Below are positions 26,587-36,155 of a stretch of 64,000 bases of DNA, one piece after another (position 1 is the stretch's first letter; each line of letters opens with the position of its first letter). The translations under genes were made by a program, and so were the position numbers. The stretch comes from Elusimicrobia bacterium RIFOXYA12_FULL_51_18 (GTDB lineage: Bacteria > Elusimicrobiota > Elusimicrobia > Elusimicrobiales > UBA9959). The notes under the pieces are model-generated. The model was not told the origin of the DNA, did not search any database, and was given only the letters and a program-made list of their open reading frames with translations. The stretch spans positions 29,098-93,097 of the forward strand of contig MGVA01000043.1 in the NCBI GenBank assembly GCA_001800245.1. The letters are read 5' to 3'.

Positions 26587-27776
26587 CGTCCGAAAAGAAA
26601 AATCTGAAATGCTATGAATTGATACTTAACTACAACTGCAACGCCAAATGCGCTTTTTGTTCGCAAGGGTCGTTCGATAAGACGCTTAATGCGGATTTCG
26701 ACACAATAGCCAGAAACATATATTCGGCATACCGGGCCGGTTACCGCCGGCTGGGATTTACGGGCGGAGAGCCGCTTATAAGACCGGATATTCTGAAAAT
26801 AGTGTCTTTGGGGCGTTCGGTGGGGTTTAAGTTTATCCGCGTACAGACCAACGGTATAAAGCTGGCGGATCCGGACTTATGCGCCGCTTTGGTCAAGGCC
26901 GGACTCACGTTCTGTAAATTTTCTTTTACCACGGATTCAGCGGCCGCGCATGACGGGCTTGTGGGGGTGCCAGGCGCATGGCGCAAGGCCGTGAAAGGCA
27001 TCGCTAATTTGCGGAGACTTAAGATAAGGATCGGGACAAATATACTGGTCAATAAGCGCAATTACCGTCGTCTGCCGGAGATAATAAAGTCATTTTTGGA
27101 GAAGGGGATAACTAATTTTGTCGTCATCTACCCCGTCTATATGGGCAGTATGGCTGCGAACGCCCAAAAAATAGGCGTGAGCCTGCCTGCCTCCGAGAAA
27201 TACTTCGCCGCGTCCGCTGCGGTTATGGAGAAAGCCGGCCTGCCGGAAGAGATCCTGTTCCTGAACACGCCGCCGTGTTTCCTCAAAGGCCGTGAGAACC
27301 TGGCTATAGGGTTGAACCTGTTTAATACCGTGGTCACCGGCCCCGACGGGAAAAGGACGGATCTGGATGCCACCGCCGACGCCGCAAAGGTCTACTCCGT
27401 CGCTTGCGGCACGTGCTCTCTTAAAGGGCGCTGCCGGGGGGTGGACGAAAACTACGCGCGCATATTGGGCTTTAAAGGCTTTAAGCCCGTTAAATACGAC
27501 GGCCTTGCGATTAAAGAAAAAATGTCCGGGGAGCGGGGGTTCTTTTCGGACAATGAACGTTGTCTGGCGGAAATACTGAAGATTAAAAAAGAAGTTTCCA
27601 CCGGCGAAGTTCTGAAGCTCTCAAAAAATATAGTTTTATGCCGGGATTGTTCCGACGGGAACGCGGTAATGAACTCGGCGCAAAAGCTGATGAAGAAGGG
27701 GTATGTGGCAAGCCGCTTTTTAAAAGGCAGGTTCTACTGGAGTCTTATTAAAAATCTGCCGGGACCGGATTTTTGA
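26583..27776 (+). CDS. radical SAM protein with C-terminal winged-helix-like domain (paralogue of 42779-43927)
   Basis: 397 aa with an ATGA overlap. It has CNAKCAFC, TGGEPLIRPD and CGTCSLKGRCRGVDENYARILGFKGFKPV. The C-terminal ~90 aa reads ERCLAEILKIKKEVSTGEVLKLS...LMKKGYVASRFLKGRFYWSL. Confidence 0.85.
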   Translation: MTSEKKNLKCYELILNYNCNAKCAFCSQGSFDKTLNADFDTIARNIYSAYRAGYRRLGFTGGEPLIRPDILKIVSLGRSVGFKFIRVQTNGIKLADPDLCAALVKAGLTFCKFSFTTDSAAAHDGLVGVPGAWRKAVKGIANLRRLKIRIGTNILVNKRNYRRLPEIIKSFLEKGITNFVVIYPVYMGSMAANAQKIGVSLPASEKYFAASAAVMEKAGLPEEILFLNTPPCFLKGRENLAIGLNLFNTVVTGPDGKRTDLDATADAAKVYSVACGTCSLKGRCRGVDENYARILGFKGFKPVKYDGLAIKEKMSGERGFFSDNERCLAEILKIKKEVSTGEVLKLSKNIVLCRDCSDGNAVMNSAQKLMKKGYVASRFLKGRFYWSLIKNLPGPDF

Positions 27777-27809
27777 GAGCCGAGACCGTCTGATTTAAAG
27801 GAGAACAGG

Positions 27810-29741
27810 ATGAATCCCCGTGTGGTTAAGTTTCTAACGGCGGCCGCAAGGTCGTACCGGGAGGGACACACCTGTATCGCTGAAAAACTTTTTAAAAAAA
27901 CCCTCGCGCTTGACCCATCCTGTACCCAAGCATGCCTGTCATTAGGGGATCTGGCGCACGCTAAGGGGGAATTGGATGCGGCCATATCATTTTACCACCG
28001 GGCGCTTAAGTTTGATAAAAAGTGTTATCATGGCTGGGCCAATTTGGCCAGTTGTTATAATGATAAAGAGATGCTTTTACAAGCTAAAAAAGCGGCGATG
28101 CTGGCGGTTGAAATTAATCGCAACGCCGCCCATGGCTGGCAAATACTGGCCGAACTTGAATTGAAAGAACGCAAAATAGGCGAAGCCATCAGCCTGATAA
28201 GTCTGGCCCTGAAACTTGATCCGAATAGTCACATGTTGAACTATACGGCTTCAAAGATTTATCTTAAAGGCAATTTTGACGAAGAAGCAAAAAAAGCGTT
28301 GATGCGGACAGTTGAAATAAAACCGGACTTTTCACAAGCATATTTTGATTTATTGGAACTGGCTGGAAAGTCCGGGGCTTTTGTGAACGTGTTAAATATT
28401 TCCGGTATAGCGTTACGCAATTGCCGGCTCGAATACTGCCGCAAACTGCTCGGCCTGACTGGCGCCATTCTTTTCTTCGGTTCTATTGGCTATTCGCGTG
28501 CAAAAGCCGTCGCCAGGTTTTATAAGGAACTTGGTCCGGTGATATTTTTCAGAAAAATAGAATACCCGGCAAACTTCACCTTTGATATGACCTTGCAGTA
28601 TGTAGAGGAAACTGATTTCCGCGGGCTGGAAACGGCGATGTCGGGCTTTATTGACACTATAAGCCCCGGTCAGAGGGATTCGGTGGATTGTTTCCGGGCT
28701 TATTTCTGTCTTGGGAAATATAAGATGGCTTTTGAGGTCGTGGAGAAGCTTTTGTTGAAAAAAGAGATTGATCTTCTGGAATTATGCAATCCGTGGCCCA
28801 ACAATCGTCAGGCCCCGAAGATTAATAAGTTCTGGAAAATATATGCTTCCCGTCTGTCCGCGGCAGTGCTTCCCGGCAGGCTCAATGTCTGGAAGATTTT
28901 TTATCTAGAAATTTTGGGGTGCCTTATAAAGGGGAAGGGGGGATACTTCGACACGATTCATCCGGATTTTACCGGACGTTACGCGTGGATGCGGTTCTAT
29001 CCGGCCTGCCGCAGGCTTAACTTGTGTGATTTTAAATCGGCTCTTGTGGAATTCAGGCGTGTTGTAAATTGTTTACCGCGCGATCCAATGGCGCGTTGTA
29101 AATATGGCGAAGCTTTGATCTGTGCCGGGAAGAAATCCCGCGGTTTTAAGGAATTTGAGACGGCATGTTCATTGGAAAAATGGCGGGATCAGAGTTTGGC
29201 ATGGAAAGGGGAGATGCTGCTTATGGCCGGGAATTACCGGGAGGCGGTGAAAACTCTTGAAAGTACGCGCGGGGGATTTGCCGGAGGCTGGCTGGGCGCG
29301 GCCTACCTCAAGAGCGGGCGAATTTGCAGTGCCGTGCGTATGCTGGAGGAGGAAGTTAGAAAGAACGATCTCCTGGATGACGAGTCCAGGGTCTGGCTTG
29401 CCGAGGCCTATAGAGTTTCGGGTAATTTCCGCAAGGCGCTGTCTTTGCTCAATGGCGTGCTGAAACGGGAACCTGGGTACGATTTCGCCCGGATCAATAG
29501 GGCGCTGGTCTATTTGAGCCTTGGCAGGCCGGCCGGCATGCGTGAGGATTTTCTCAGGTTCGATACGGCTTTGCGGGACGAAGCGGCGAAAAAGCCGGGT
29601 ATCCCCGCGCAGCGGAGTTGTTCCGACAGAGAAATGAAAGCCATACTCAAAAACTGCCTTTCCCTTGCCGCCGGGAACAGGCGGATGGAAAGATACTTTA
29701 TGAATATTAAGTTTCCTGGGCTGGCGGCATCCAGGCGTTAA
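27810..29741 (+). CDS. TPR-repeat protein
   Basis: 643 aa with the RBS aaggaga. There are multiple 34-residue TPR-like units at both ends, for example AISFYHRALKFDKKCYHGWANLASCY and WLAEAYRVSGNFRKALSLLNGVLKREP. Confidence 0.8.
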   Translation: MNPRVVKFLTAAARSYREGHTCIAEKLFKKTLALDPSCTQACLSLGDLAHAKGELDAAISFYHRALKFDKKCYHGWANLASCYNDKEMLLQAKKAAMLAVEINRNAAHGWQILAELELKERKIGEAISLISLALKLDPNSHMLNYTASKIYLKGNFDEEAKKALMRTVEIKPDFSQAYFDLLELAGKSGAFVNVLNISGIALRNCRLEYCRKLLGLTGAILFFGSIGYSRAKAVARFYKELGPVIFFRKIEYPANFTFDMTLQYVEETDFRGLETAMSGFIDTISPGQRDSVDCFRAYFCLGKYKMAFEVVEKLLLKKEIDLLELCNPWPNNRQAPKINKFWKIYASRLSAAVLPGRLNVWKIFYLEILGCLIKGKGGYFDTIHPDFTGRYAWMRFYPACRRLNLCDFKSALVEFRRVVNCLPRDPMARCKYGEALICAGKKSRGFKEFETACSLEKWRDQSLAWKGEMLLMAGNYREAVKTLESTRGGFAGGWLGAAYLKSGRICSAVRMLEEEVRKNDLLDDESRVWLAEAYRVSGNFRKALSLLNGVLKREPGYDFARINRALVYLSLGRPAGMREDFLRFDTALRDEAAKKPGIPAQRSCSDREMKAILKNCLSLAAGNRRMERYFMNIKFPGLAASRR

Positions 29742-29755
29742 AAGAGACTCCTATT

Positions 29756-30604
29756 ATGGCGCTGATACATTTATTCGGTCGTTGCAATCAGAAATGCGTA
29801 TTCTGTTCTTATCCATCCGATGCTCGAAGCGGGGAGAGTCCGGATCTCAAATCCTGGCTTAAAGAGATCTCGGAGATGAAGCCCGGGCTGGTGCAGATAT
29901 CCGGCGGGGAACCTTTGCTGGCCGATTTCTACGATCTTATGAAGGTCATAGCCTTTTGCGCCAGGAGCGGCCGGCAGGTAGAGTTGCAGACCAACGGCGC
30001 GCTGTTGGCCACACTGAAACCGGTGAGACTGGAACTTCTGGTAAAAACACTTGATCGGGCTAAAGGTTATTTTAATATTAATTTTTCGGCGTCCCGCGCC
30101 GAGCTTGATTTAAAGATCACCCGTACCCGGGGAGCTTTTACCGCGCGGGTCAAAGCGGTCAGGAATCTGCTGGCGTTGGGGGCAAAAGTCAGGCTGACAT
30201 GCGTGATCTTTTCGCTCAACTATAAGGAGGCGGCAGGGGTTGCCGCCTTCGTCGTTGAAAATTTCAAGGGTCTTTCCTGGCTGCAGTTCAGTTTTATAAA
30301 AGGCATAGGCAGGGCCGAAGGCCCTGGATTCATCCCAAAGTACGCTTCCGCGGCGCCCTACCTTATTAAAGCCCTTGACCTGTGCGGCCGGAAAGGGCTT
30401 AAATGCGAAGTAGACCATATTCCGCCTTGTTTCCTTGGCCGCCATTATGCCAGAAACGTGGATATGAAAAAAATGCGTTTCGGGATCCTGGGGCCGCACC
30501 TGGCGGAGAAGGAAAAAGTGCCGGAATGCGAAGGCTGCGGTTTTTTAAAGTTCTGTCCCGGTCCCAGAAAAGATTATGTTTCGGCTCATGGTCATTTAAA
30601 ATGA
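29756..30604 (+). CDS. radical SAM protein (short-form family)
   Basis: 282 aa with CNQKCVFC, SGGEPLL and the C-terminal CEGCGFLKFCPGPRKDYVSAHG. Confidence 0.8.
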   Translation: MALIHLFGRCNQKCVFCSYPSDARSGESPDLKSWLKEISEMKPGLVQISGGEPLLADFYDLMKVIAFCARSGRQVELQTNGALLATLKPVRLELLVKTLDRAKGYFNINFSASRAELDLKITRTRGAFTARVKAVRNLLALGAKVRLTCVIFSLNYKEAAGVAAFVVENFKGLSWLQFSFIKGIGRAEGPGFIPKYASAAPYLIKALDLCGRKGLKCEVDHIPPCFLGRHYARNVDMKKMRFGILGPHLAEKEKVPECEGCGFLKFCPGPRKDYVSAHGHLK

Positions 30605-31851
30605 AAAAATCACCTCTTCCGTTTACAAAAGAATTTCCTGCGCTTCAAGCGCGAGTGGGCGGCCGCAGGATGATCTATCTGGACAGCGCATGCACCGCGC
30701 TGAAGATGAAATCCGCCGCGGAAGCCCAGAAGGAGTTCCTCCTGGACCTGGGGGGCTGCGGAGGCAGACGCTCTTCTCACGCACTGGCCGGCGCGGTAGA
30801 GGAGAAATACGCCGCGGCCCGCGCGTCCGCGGCGCGGTTTACAGGCGCGGCTTCGCCCGAAGAGATAATATTCACCAGCGGAGCCACCGAGGCCGTTAAT
30901 GTTTTAGCCGGCGCTTTCCCCTTTACCCCGAAAAAGAACGAGGTGATACTTTCCCCGCTGGAGCATAACAGCGTTTTTCTCCCTTTTTATAACCTGGCGA
31001 AAGCGGGAAAAATAAAATTGAGAGTGATGCCGCTTAAAGATTTAAAGCCGGATATGAGGGCGTTGGAGACCATTTTAACCGGGAAGACCGCCCTGGTCTG
31101 CGCCGCGAGGGCGTCCAATTTCTTCGGCGGGGTTACGGACTTTGCGCGCATGGCGAGCATGGCTCATTCGGCCGGCGCGGTCATATTTTTCGATGACGCG
31201 CAGTATGCCGCCACCCATCCGGTCAATGCCGCGGTTTCAGGCGCGGATGCCCTGGCTTTCTCGGGACATAAACTGGGGGCGCCGTTCGGTACCGGGGTTT
31301 TGTGGGTTAAAAAAACGCTGCTTGCCAGGCTTAAACCATTCAAGGTCGGAGGGGGAGTGGTAAAGAGTGTGGAAGCTGCCGGTTCCAAATTTAAAGTGGA
31401 GTATCTCAGGGATTACCAGGGCTTTGAAGCCGGCGTGCAGAATTACGCGGGCGTTTTTGCCATGGCCCAGGCTTTTGAAACGCTTTCGGCGCTCGGTCAT
31501 GAAGCCATAAGGGAGCATATGGCGGAGTTGGTGACTTACGCCTGCGGACGGCTCCGCGGTTTTAAAGAGATAAAAGTGCTGGGCGAGGAGGAAGACCTTA
31601 AAAGAGGGGCGCTGATCTCATTCGTTCCGGCGGGAAGATCTTTCTCTCCGTCGGACCTTAATATTTTCCTGAACACTTACTACAAGGACCGGTTTATAGC
31701 CTTGCGCACCGGCCGCCATTGCGCGGATCTCGCTTCTTTGAATAGCGGCTTGTCAGGGACCGTCAGGCTTTCTTTTTTTATCTACACTTCTAAGCCGGAT
31801 ATGGATGATTTTACCCTGGCGTTGCAAAAGTATCTTTCTTTTTTACGTTAA
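30601..31851 (+). CDS. class V aminotransferase, SufS/CsdA-like cysteine desulfurase
   Basis: ORF 30403-31851 trimmed to ATG 30601 (ATGA overlap with the rSAM stop). IYLDSACTAL is present. The PLP lysine lies in FSGHKLGAPFGTGVLWV. The active-site Cys lies in ALRTGRHCADL. Confidence 0.8.
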   Translation: MKKSPLPFTKEFPALQARVGGRRMIYLDSACTALKMKSAAEAQKEFLLDLGGCGGRRSSHALAGAVEEKYAAARASAARFTGAASPEEIIFTSGATEAVNVLAGAFPFTPKKNEVILSPLEHNSVFLPFYNLAKAGKIKLRVMPLKDLKPDMRALETILTGKTALVCAARASNFFGGVTDFARMASMAHSAGAVIFFDDAQYAATHPVNAAVSGADALAFSGHKLGAPFGTGVLWVKKTLLARLKPFKVGGGVVKSVEAAGSKFKVEYLRDYQGFEAGVQNYAGVFAMAQAFETLSALGHEAIREHMAELVTYACGRLRGFKEIKVLGEEEDLKRGALISFVPAGRSFSPSDLNIFLNTYYKDRFIALRTGRHCADLASLNSGLSGTVRLSFFIYTSKPDMDDFTLALQKYLSFLR

Positions 31852-32156
31852 AGGCTTGTGATCGAATGATATGGATATTTGGAGGCCCATATTTAAACCG
31901 GATGCAAGGCGCGAGATGCGCCGATATAATGGGGGAAAATTTATTCCGGCAGCTTAAAGTAAAAGACCTGCGCGTATCTGCCGGTCTTATAGAACACCGG
32001 ATGACTATTATCCTGCCGCCGCCCGGCTGATGCTGAGTACCGGTTAATCGGCGGACCTGACATGAGAGGGGAGACCCCGTCCGTAAATAAGATTTACAAG
32101 ACCTGCGGTCATTAAATACAATATAAAGTAATCGGCTTTTCAAAACTGGAGGAGCA

Positions 32157-33344
32157 ATGGACCTTAATAAACTCAATACCACCGTATTAAAACATAGAAA
32201 CGAGATGATAACTTTCGCCAGGGATCTCATCCGAATCCCCAGTTTTTCCATGCAGGAAGGCAGGCTTGTGGAACGCATTAAGAAAGAAATGATCAAGGTC
32301 GGTTTTGACAGGATAAAGATAGACGCTATGGGCAACATCATAGGTTTTATCGGTAAGGGTAGAAAAAAGATAATGATAGACGCCCATATCGATACCGTGG
32401 GTATCGGAGATAAAAGCGCATGGAAGATAGATCCTTTCGGAGGCGTTTTTAAAAAAGGGACTATCTACGGGCGCGGCGCCACCGACCAAAAATTGTCCAT
32501 GGTCTCAATGGTCTATGGCGGAAAGATGATAAAAGAACTGGGGCTGACGGGCGATTATACTTACATAGCCGTGGGTTCCGTAATGGAAGAAGATTGCGAC
32601 GGCCTGCCGCTTATACACATTATTGATAAGGAAAAAATAAAGCCCGATTTCGTGGTGTTGACCGAACCTACCAATCTTTGCGTCTATCGCGGTCACCGCG
32701 GGCGCATGGAAATAAAGGTGGTGACAAAGGGCCGTTCGTGCCACGCCTCCGCCCCGGAGCGCGGGGATAATGCCGTGGTGAAAATGGCCCTCATTATCCG
32801 GCAGATCACGGACCTGAACAAGAATCTTAAAAAAGATAAATTTCTGGGCAAGGGCACCGTGGTCGTCACGTCCGTGGAGTGCAAGACGCCTTCGCTGAAC
32901 GCCGTGCCGGACGAATGCACCATTTATCTGGACCGGCGTCTTACGGCCGGAGAGGGGCTTAGGTCTTCCGTCGCGGAAATAAAGCGCCTGCCGGCGGTCA
33001 AGAAGACCGGGGCGAAAGTGGAGGTGCTTTATTATGACGCCATGTCCTGGACTGGCTTAAAAGTGGGGCAGGAAAAGTATTTCCCGACCTGGGTGCTGCC
33101 GGAAAACCATAAACTGGTTCAGGCGGGCGTGAAGGCTGGGAAAATAGCGCTGGGTAAAACCCCGGTGGTTGACAAGTGGGTGTTCTCAACCAACGGCGTA
33201 GCCACCGCCGGGAGGCTCAAGATCCCGACCATCGGCTTCGGGCCGTCCAACGAGATATACGCGCACACGGTCAAAGAAAACATGCCAGTGTCGGATCTCT
33301 TAAAGGCGGCTGTGTTCTACGCGGCTATACCGCAGTATCTGTAA
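32157..33344 (+). CDS. ygeY: YgeY-family M20 metallohydrolase
   Basis: 395 aa, alignable end to end by eye with E. coli YgeY. Matching blocks include MGNIIGFIG, DAHIDTVGIG, EEDCDG, YRGHRGRMEI, CHASAPERGDNA, VVDKWVFSTNGV, IGFGP and FYAAIP. Confidence 0.88.
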   Translation: MDLNKLNTTVLKHRNEMITFARDLIRIPSFSMQEGRLVERIKKEMIKVGFDRIKIDAMGNIIGFIGKGRKKIMIDAHIDTVGIGDKSAWKIDPFGGVFKKGTIYGRGATDQKLSMVSMVYGGKMIKELGLTGDYTYIAVGSVMEEDCDGLPLIHIIDKEKIKPDFVVLTEPTNLCVYRGHRGRMEIKVVTKGRSCHASAPERGDNAVVKMALIIRQITDLNKNLKKDKFLGKGTVVVTSVECKTPSLNAVPDECTIYLDRRLTAGEGLRSSVAEIKRLPAVKKTGAKVEVLYYDAMSWTGLKVGQEKYFPTWVLPENHKLVQAGVKAGKIALGKTPVVDKWVFSTNGVATAGRLKIPTIGFGPSNEIYAHTVKENMPVSDLLKAAVFYAAIPQYL

Positions 33345-33370
33345 ACTTTAGAAACGCCAGGAGATAAAAA

Positions 33371-34579
33371 ATGCCTATCGATATCGCAAATTCCTTAGAT
33401 ATCCCAAAGTCCTTAAGCGAACTGGAGAAGCTTGGCGCCGGCCTTTACGGCAAGGATTTCCTGCTGACCTGGGAAAAATCCGACGCCGAACTTAAGGAAG
33501 TGTTCCTGATAGCCGAATTGCTCAAGGAAATGCACGCCAAGAACATTCCGGTCGATATGTTCAAGACCGGGCTCGCCGTCTCGAACTTCCGGGACAATTC
33601 GACCAGGACCAGGTTCTCCTTCGCCTCCGCCTGCAACCTGCTGGGGCTCTCCGTGCAAGACCTCGACGAGGGTAAGTCGCAGATAGCCCATGGCGAGACC
33701 GTGCGTGAAACGGCCAACATGATCTCTTTCCTGACCGAAGCGGTCGGGATCAGGGACGATATGTTCATCGGCAAAGGGCATGCCTACATGCGGGAAGTGG
33801 CTGAGGCCCTCGATGACGGCTTCAAGAACGGCGTGCTGAACCAACGCCCGGCCGTGGTAAACCTCCAGTGCGACCTGGACCATCCGACGCAGTCGATGTC
33901 GGACATGTTGTTCATAAAGAACCATTTCGGCGGCTTCGACGGCTTGAAAGGCAAAAAGATAGCCATGACCTGGGCCTATTCGCCCAGCTACGGCAAACCG
34001 CTTTCCGTCCCGCAGGGTGTCATCTGCCTAATGACCCGCTACGGCATGAGCGTGGAACTGGCCCATCCCGAAGGCTATGACCTGCTACCGGAGACCCTAA
34101 AGGTGGCGGAAAAGAACGCCAAGAAGTCAGGCGGCTCCTTTAAGGTCTCCAACAGCATGGAGAGCGCTTTCACGGACGCCGACATCGTCTACCCGAAGAG
34201 TTGGGCCCCGTACAAGGTGATGGAGCGCAGAACGCAGCTCCTCGAAAAGTCCGACCACGCCGGACTGAAGGACCTGGAGAAAGAGTGCCTTGCGCAGAAT
34301 GCCAGGCATACCGGCTGGGAATGCGACGCGGGTAAGATGAAACTTACCAAGGGCGGCGAAGGCCTGTACCTGCACTGCCTGCCCGCCGACATAACCGACG
34401 TGTCCTGCAAACGGGGCGAGGTATCCGCGAAGGTGTTCGAGAAGTACCGCATCGGCACCTACAAGGAAGCCGGCTACAAGCCATTCATTATCGCGGCCAT
34501 GATAACCGCCTGCACGAAGAAGAACCCCTCGAAAGTGCTCGAAGCCCTGTACAAGGCCGGGCAGAAACGGGTCCTGTAG
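33371..34579 (+). CDS. ygeW: knotted carbamoyltransferase YgeW
   Basis: 402 aa with long identical runs to E. coli YgeW as I recall it. These include KDFLLTWE, FRDNSTRTRFS, QDLDEGKSQIAHGETVRETANMISF, VNLQCDLDHPTQSM, KKIAMTWAYSPSYGKPLSVPQG, IVYPKSWAPYKVME and HCLPAD. Confidence 0.92.
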   Translation: MPIDIANSLDIPKSLSELEKLGAGLYGKDFLLTWEKSDAELKEVFLIAELLKEMHAKNIPVDMFKTGLAVSNFRDNSTRTRFSFASACNLLGLSVQDLDEGKSQIAHGETVRETANMISFLTEAVGIRDDMFIGKGHAYMREVAEALDDGFKNGVLNQRPAVVNLQCDLDHPTQSMSDMLFIKNHFGGFDGLKGKKIAMTWAYSPSYGKPLSVPQGVICLMTRYGMSVELAHPEGYDLLPETLKVAEKNAKKSGGSFKVSNSMESAFTDADIVYPKSWAPYKVMERRTQLLEKSDHAGLKDLEKECLAQNARHTGWECDAGKMKLTKGGEGLYLHCLPADITDVSCKRGEVSAKVFEKYRIGTYKEAGYKPFIIAAMITACTKKNPSKVLEALYKAGQKRVL

Positions 34580-34639
34580 ATCCGGAAAAATTCTTCGGAC
34601 CGGCCATGACGCCGGGTTTATTTGCGAAGGTTTCAATAA

Positions 34640-36070
34640 ATGAAAAAAAGAGAAAGGACCTCGAAGTGCCCGCCACAGGTGTGGTGGAAACGCTTGGGCG
34701 GGGAGTATCTGCTCACCAACGACGCCGGAGAGTACATTATGCTTTCCCCCGGAGAGTTTCGGGTTTTTACGGGAACGGGCGCTTTGCCCGCTTCCGGTCG
34801 GAAGCTTCTGGAGATGGAGGAAAAAGGGTTCCTGAGGGAGCGTTTGGATTTTGAGAGCCTTTCCCGCAGATGGAAGGAGTCCAACGCCTATCTGGACCGC
34901 GGACCGGGCCTGCATATTTTCGTCCTAACGCTTCGGTGTAATCATAAATGCCTGTACTGCCAGTCCGGCGCTTTGCGCGAAGATGAAAAACGTTCCGATA
35001 TGGATATTAGGACCGCGCGTAAAATCCTGGATTTCGCTCTTGGCGCTCCGGTTAAAGGTCTGACCATAGAATTCCAGGGCGGAGAGCCGCTGCTGAATTG
35101 GGAGGTTCTGAAAGAAACGGTTCTTTATGGTGAAAAAAAGGCTAAAGCTTCGGGTAAAGAAATAAAGTTCGCCCTGGTTTCCAATTTCAGCCTGATGACA
35201 AAAGAAAAGGCTGACTTCCTCATAAAACATGGGGTAGCGCTCTGCACATCCCTTGACGGTCCCGCTTCCCTGCATGACCGGAACCGGATTTTTGCCGGAG
35301 GCGGCTCCCATGCCTTGGCCGTGAAATGGATAAAATATTTCACCGGGGTTTGCGGCAAAGGTTCAGACTGCGGTCCCAGCGCCTTGCTTACGATCTCAAA
35401 ATATTCGCTGGGCCGGGAGAAAGAAATAGTGGAAGAATATGCCCGCCTGGGACTGGCGTCCATCTTTGTCAGGCCTCTGGTTCCGATAGGTTTTGCAGGC
35501 GACCTTTGGGATAAGATAGGCTGCTCGCCGGAAGAATTCACCGGGTTCTATAAGAACAGCCTCGGTCACGTGCTCAGGCTCAATAAAAAAGGCCTGGACT
35601 TAAAAGAAAAAACGGCCTTTCTGCTGATAAAGAAGGCGATCGGGATGGAAGACAATAAATACGTGGATTTGCGCTGTCCCTGCGGAGCGGGACTAGGCCA
35701 GTTGGCTTATGATTTTAATGGCGATGTTTACACTTGCGATGAGGGCCGTATGCTGGCCTGGCAGGGGGACAGTCTTTTTAAAGCTGGCAATGTTTTTGAG
35801 GACGCCTATCTTGACGTCATCTCGTCCGGAGCGGTTAAAGCTTGCGCCGCGGCTTCCAGCCTGGATTCCCAGCCGATGTGTGCGCGGTGCGTTTGGCGTC
35901 CTTACTGCGGAATCTGTCCGGTTTATAATTACCAGACCCAGGGGAGCCTTTGGGGTGATATGCCGGGTAACGGGCGGTGTCGGATCTTGAAAGGGATTTT
36001 TGAGACGGTCTTCGGCTTCTTAAAGGATACAAAAACGAAGGAAGTATTTCGGAAATGGCTTAATTCCTGA
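34640..36070 (+). CDS. hxsB: radical SAM/SPASM peptide maturase, HxsB-like (copy 2)
   Basis: 476 aa with CNHKCLYC, FQGGEPLLNWEVLKETVLY and the SPASM tail RCPCGA...YTCDEGRM...CARCVWRPYCGICPVYNYQTQGSLWGDMP. It is colinear with 21739-23193. Confidence 0.7.
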   Translation: MKKRERTSKCPPQVWWKRLGGEYLLTNDAGEYIMLSPGEFRVFTGTGALPASGRKLLEMEEKGFLRERLDFESLSRRWKESNAYLDRGPGLHIFVLTLRCNHKCLYCQSGALREDEKRSDMDIRTARKILDFALGAPVKGLTIEFQGGEPLLNWEVLKETVLYGEKKAKASGKEIKFALVSNFSLMTKEKADFLIKHGVALCTSLDGPASLHDRNRIFAGGGSHALAVKWIKYFTGVCGKGSDCGPSALLTISKYSLGREKEIVEEYARLGLASIFVRPLVPIGFAGDLWDKIGCSPEEFTGFYKNSLGHVLRLNKKGLDLKEKTAFLLIKKAIGMEDNKYVDLRCPCGAGLGQLAYDFNGDVYTCDEGRMLAWQGDSLFKAGNVFEDAYLDVISSGAVKACAAASSLDSQPMCARCVWRPYCGICPVYNYQTQGSLWGDMPGNGRCRILKGIFETVFGFLKDTKTKEVFRKWLNS

Positions 36071-36155
36071 CCCGGGATAATTCCAGGCTTTTACCCCCGG
36101 GCCGTATTTGAACCGGCAAAGCCTTCTTCCGTGAGCTTCGGTTTCCGCAAACGAT

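Noticed and set aside
31811-32341. A 176-aa minus-strand ORF spans the ygeY leader and the ygeY 5' end.
   Set aside because: It overlaps the strongly supported ygeY start in antisense. It is Ser/Leu/Arg/Ile-rich with no motifs. The non-coding leader interpretation is more economical.
34127-34915. A 262-aa minus-strand ORF spans the ygeW 3' end and the HxsB-like 5' end.
   Set aside because: It is antisense to two strongly supported genes. It is Pro/Gly/Arg-rich with no motifs, so it is most likely a GC-driven spurious ORF.
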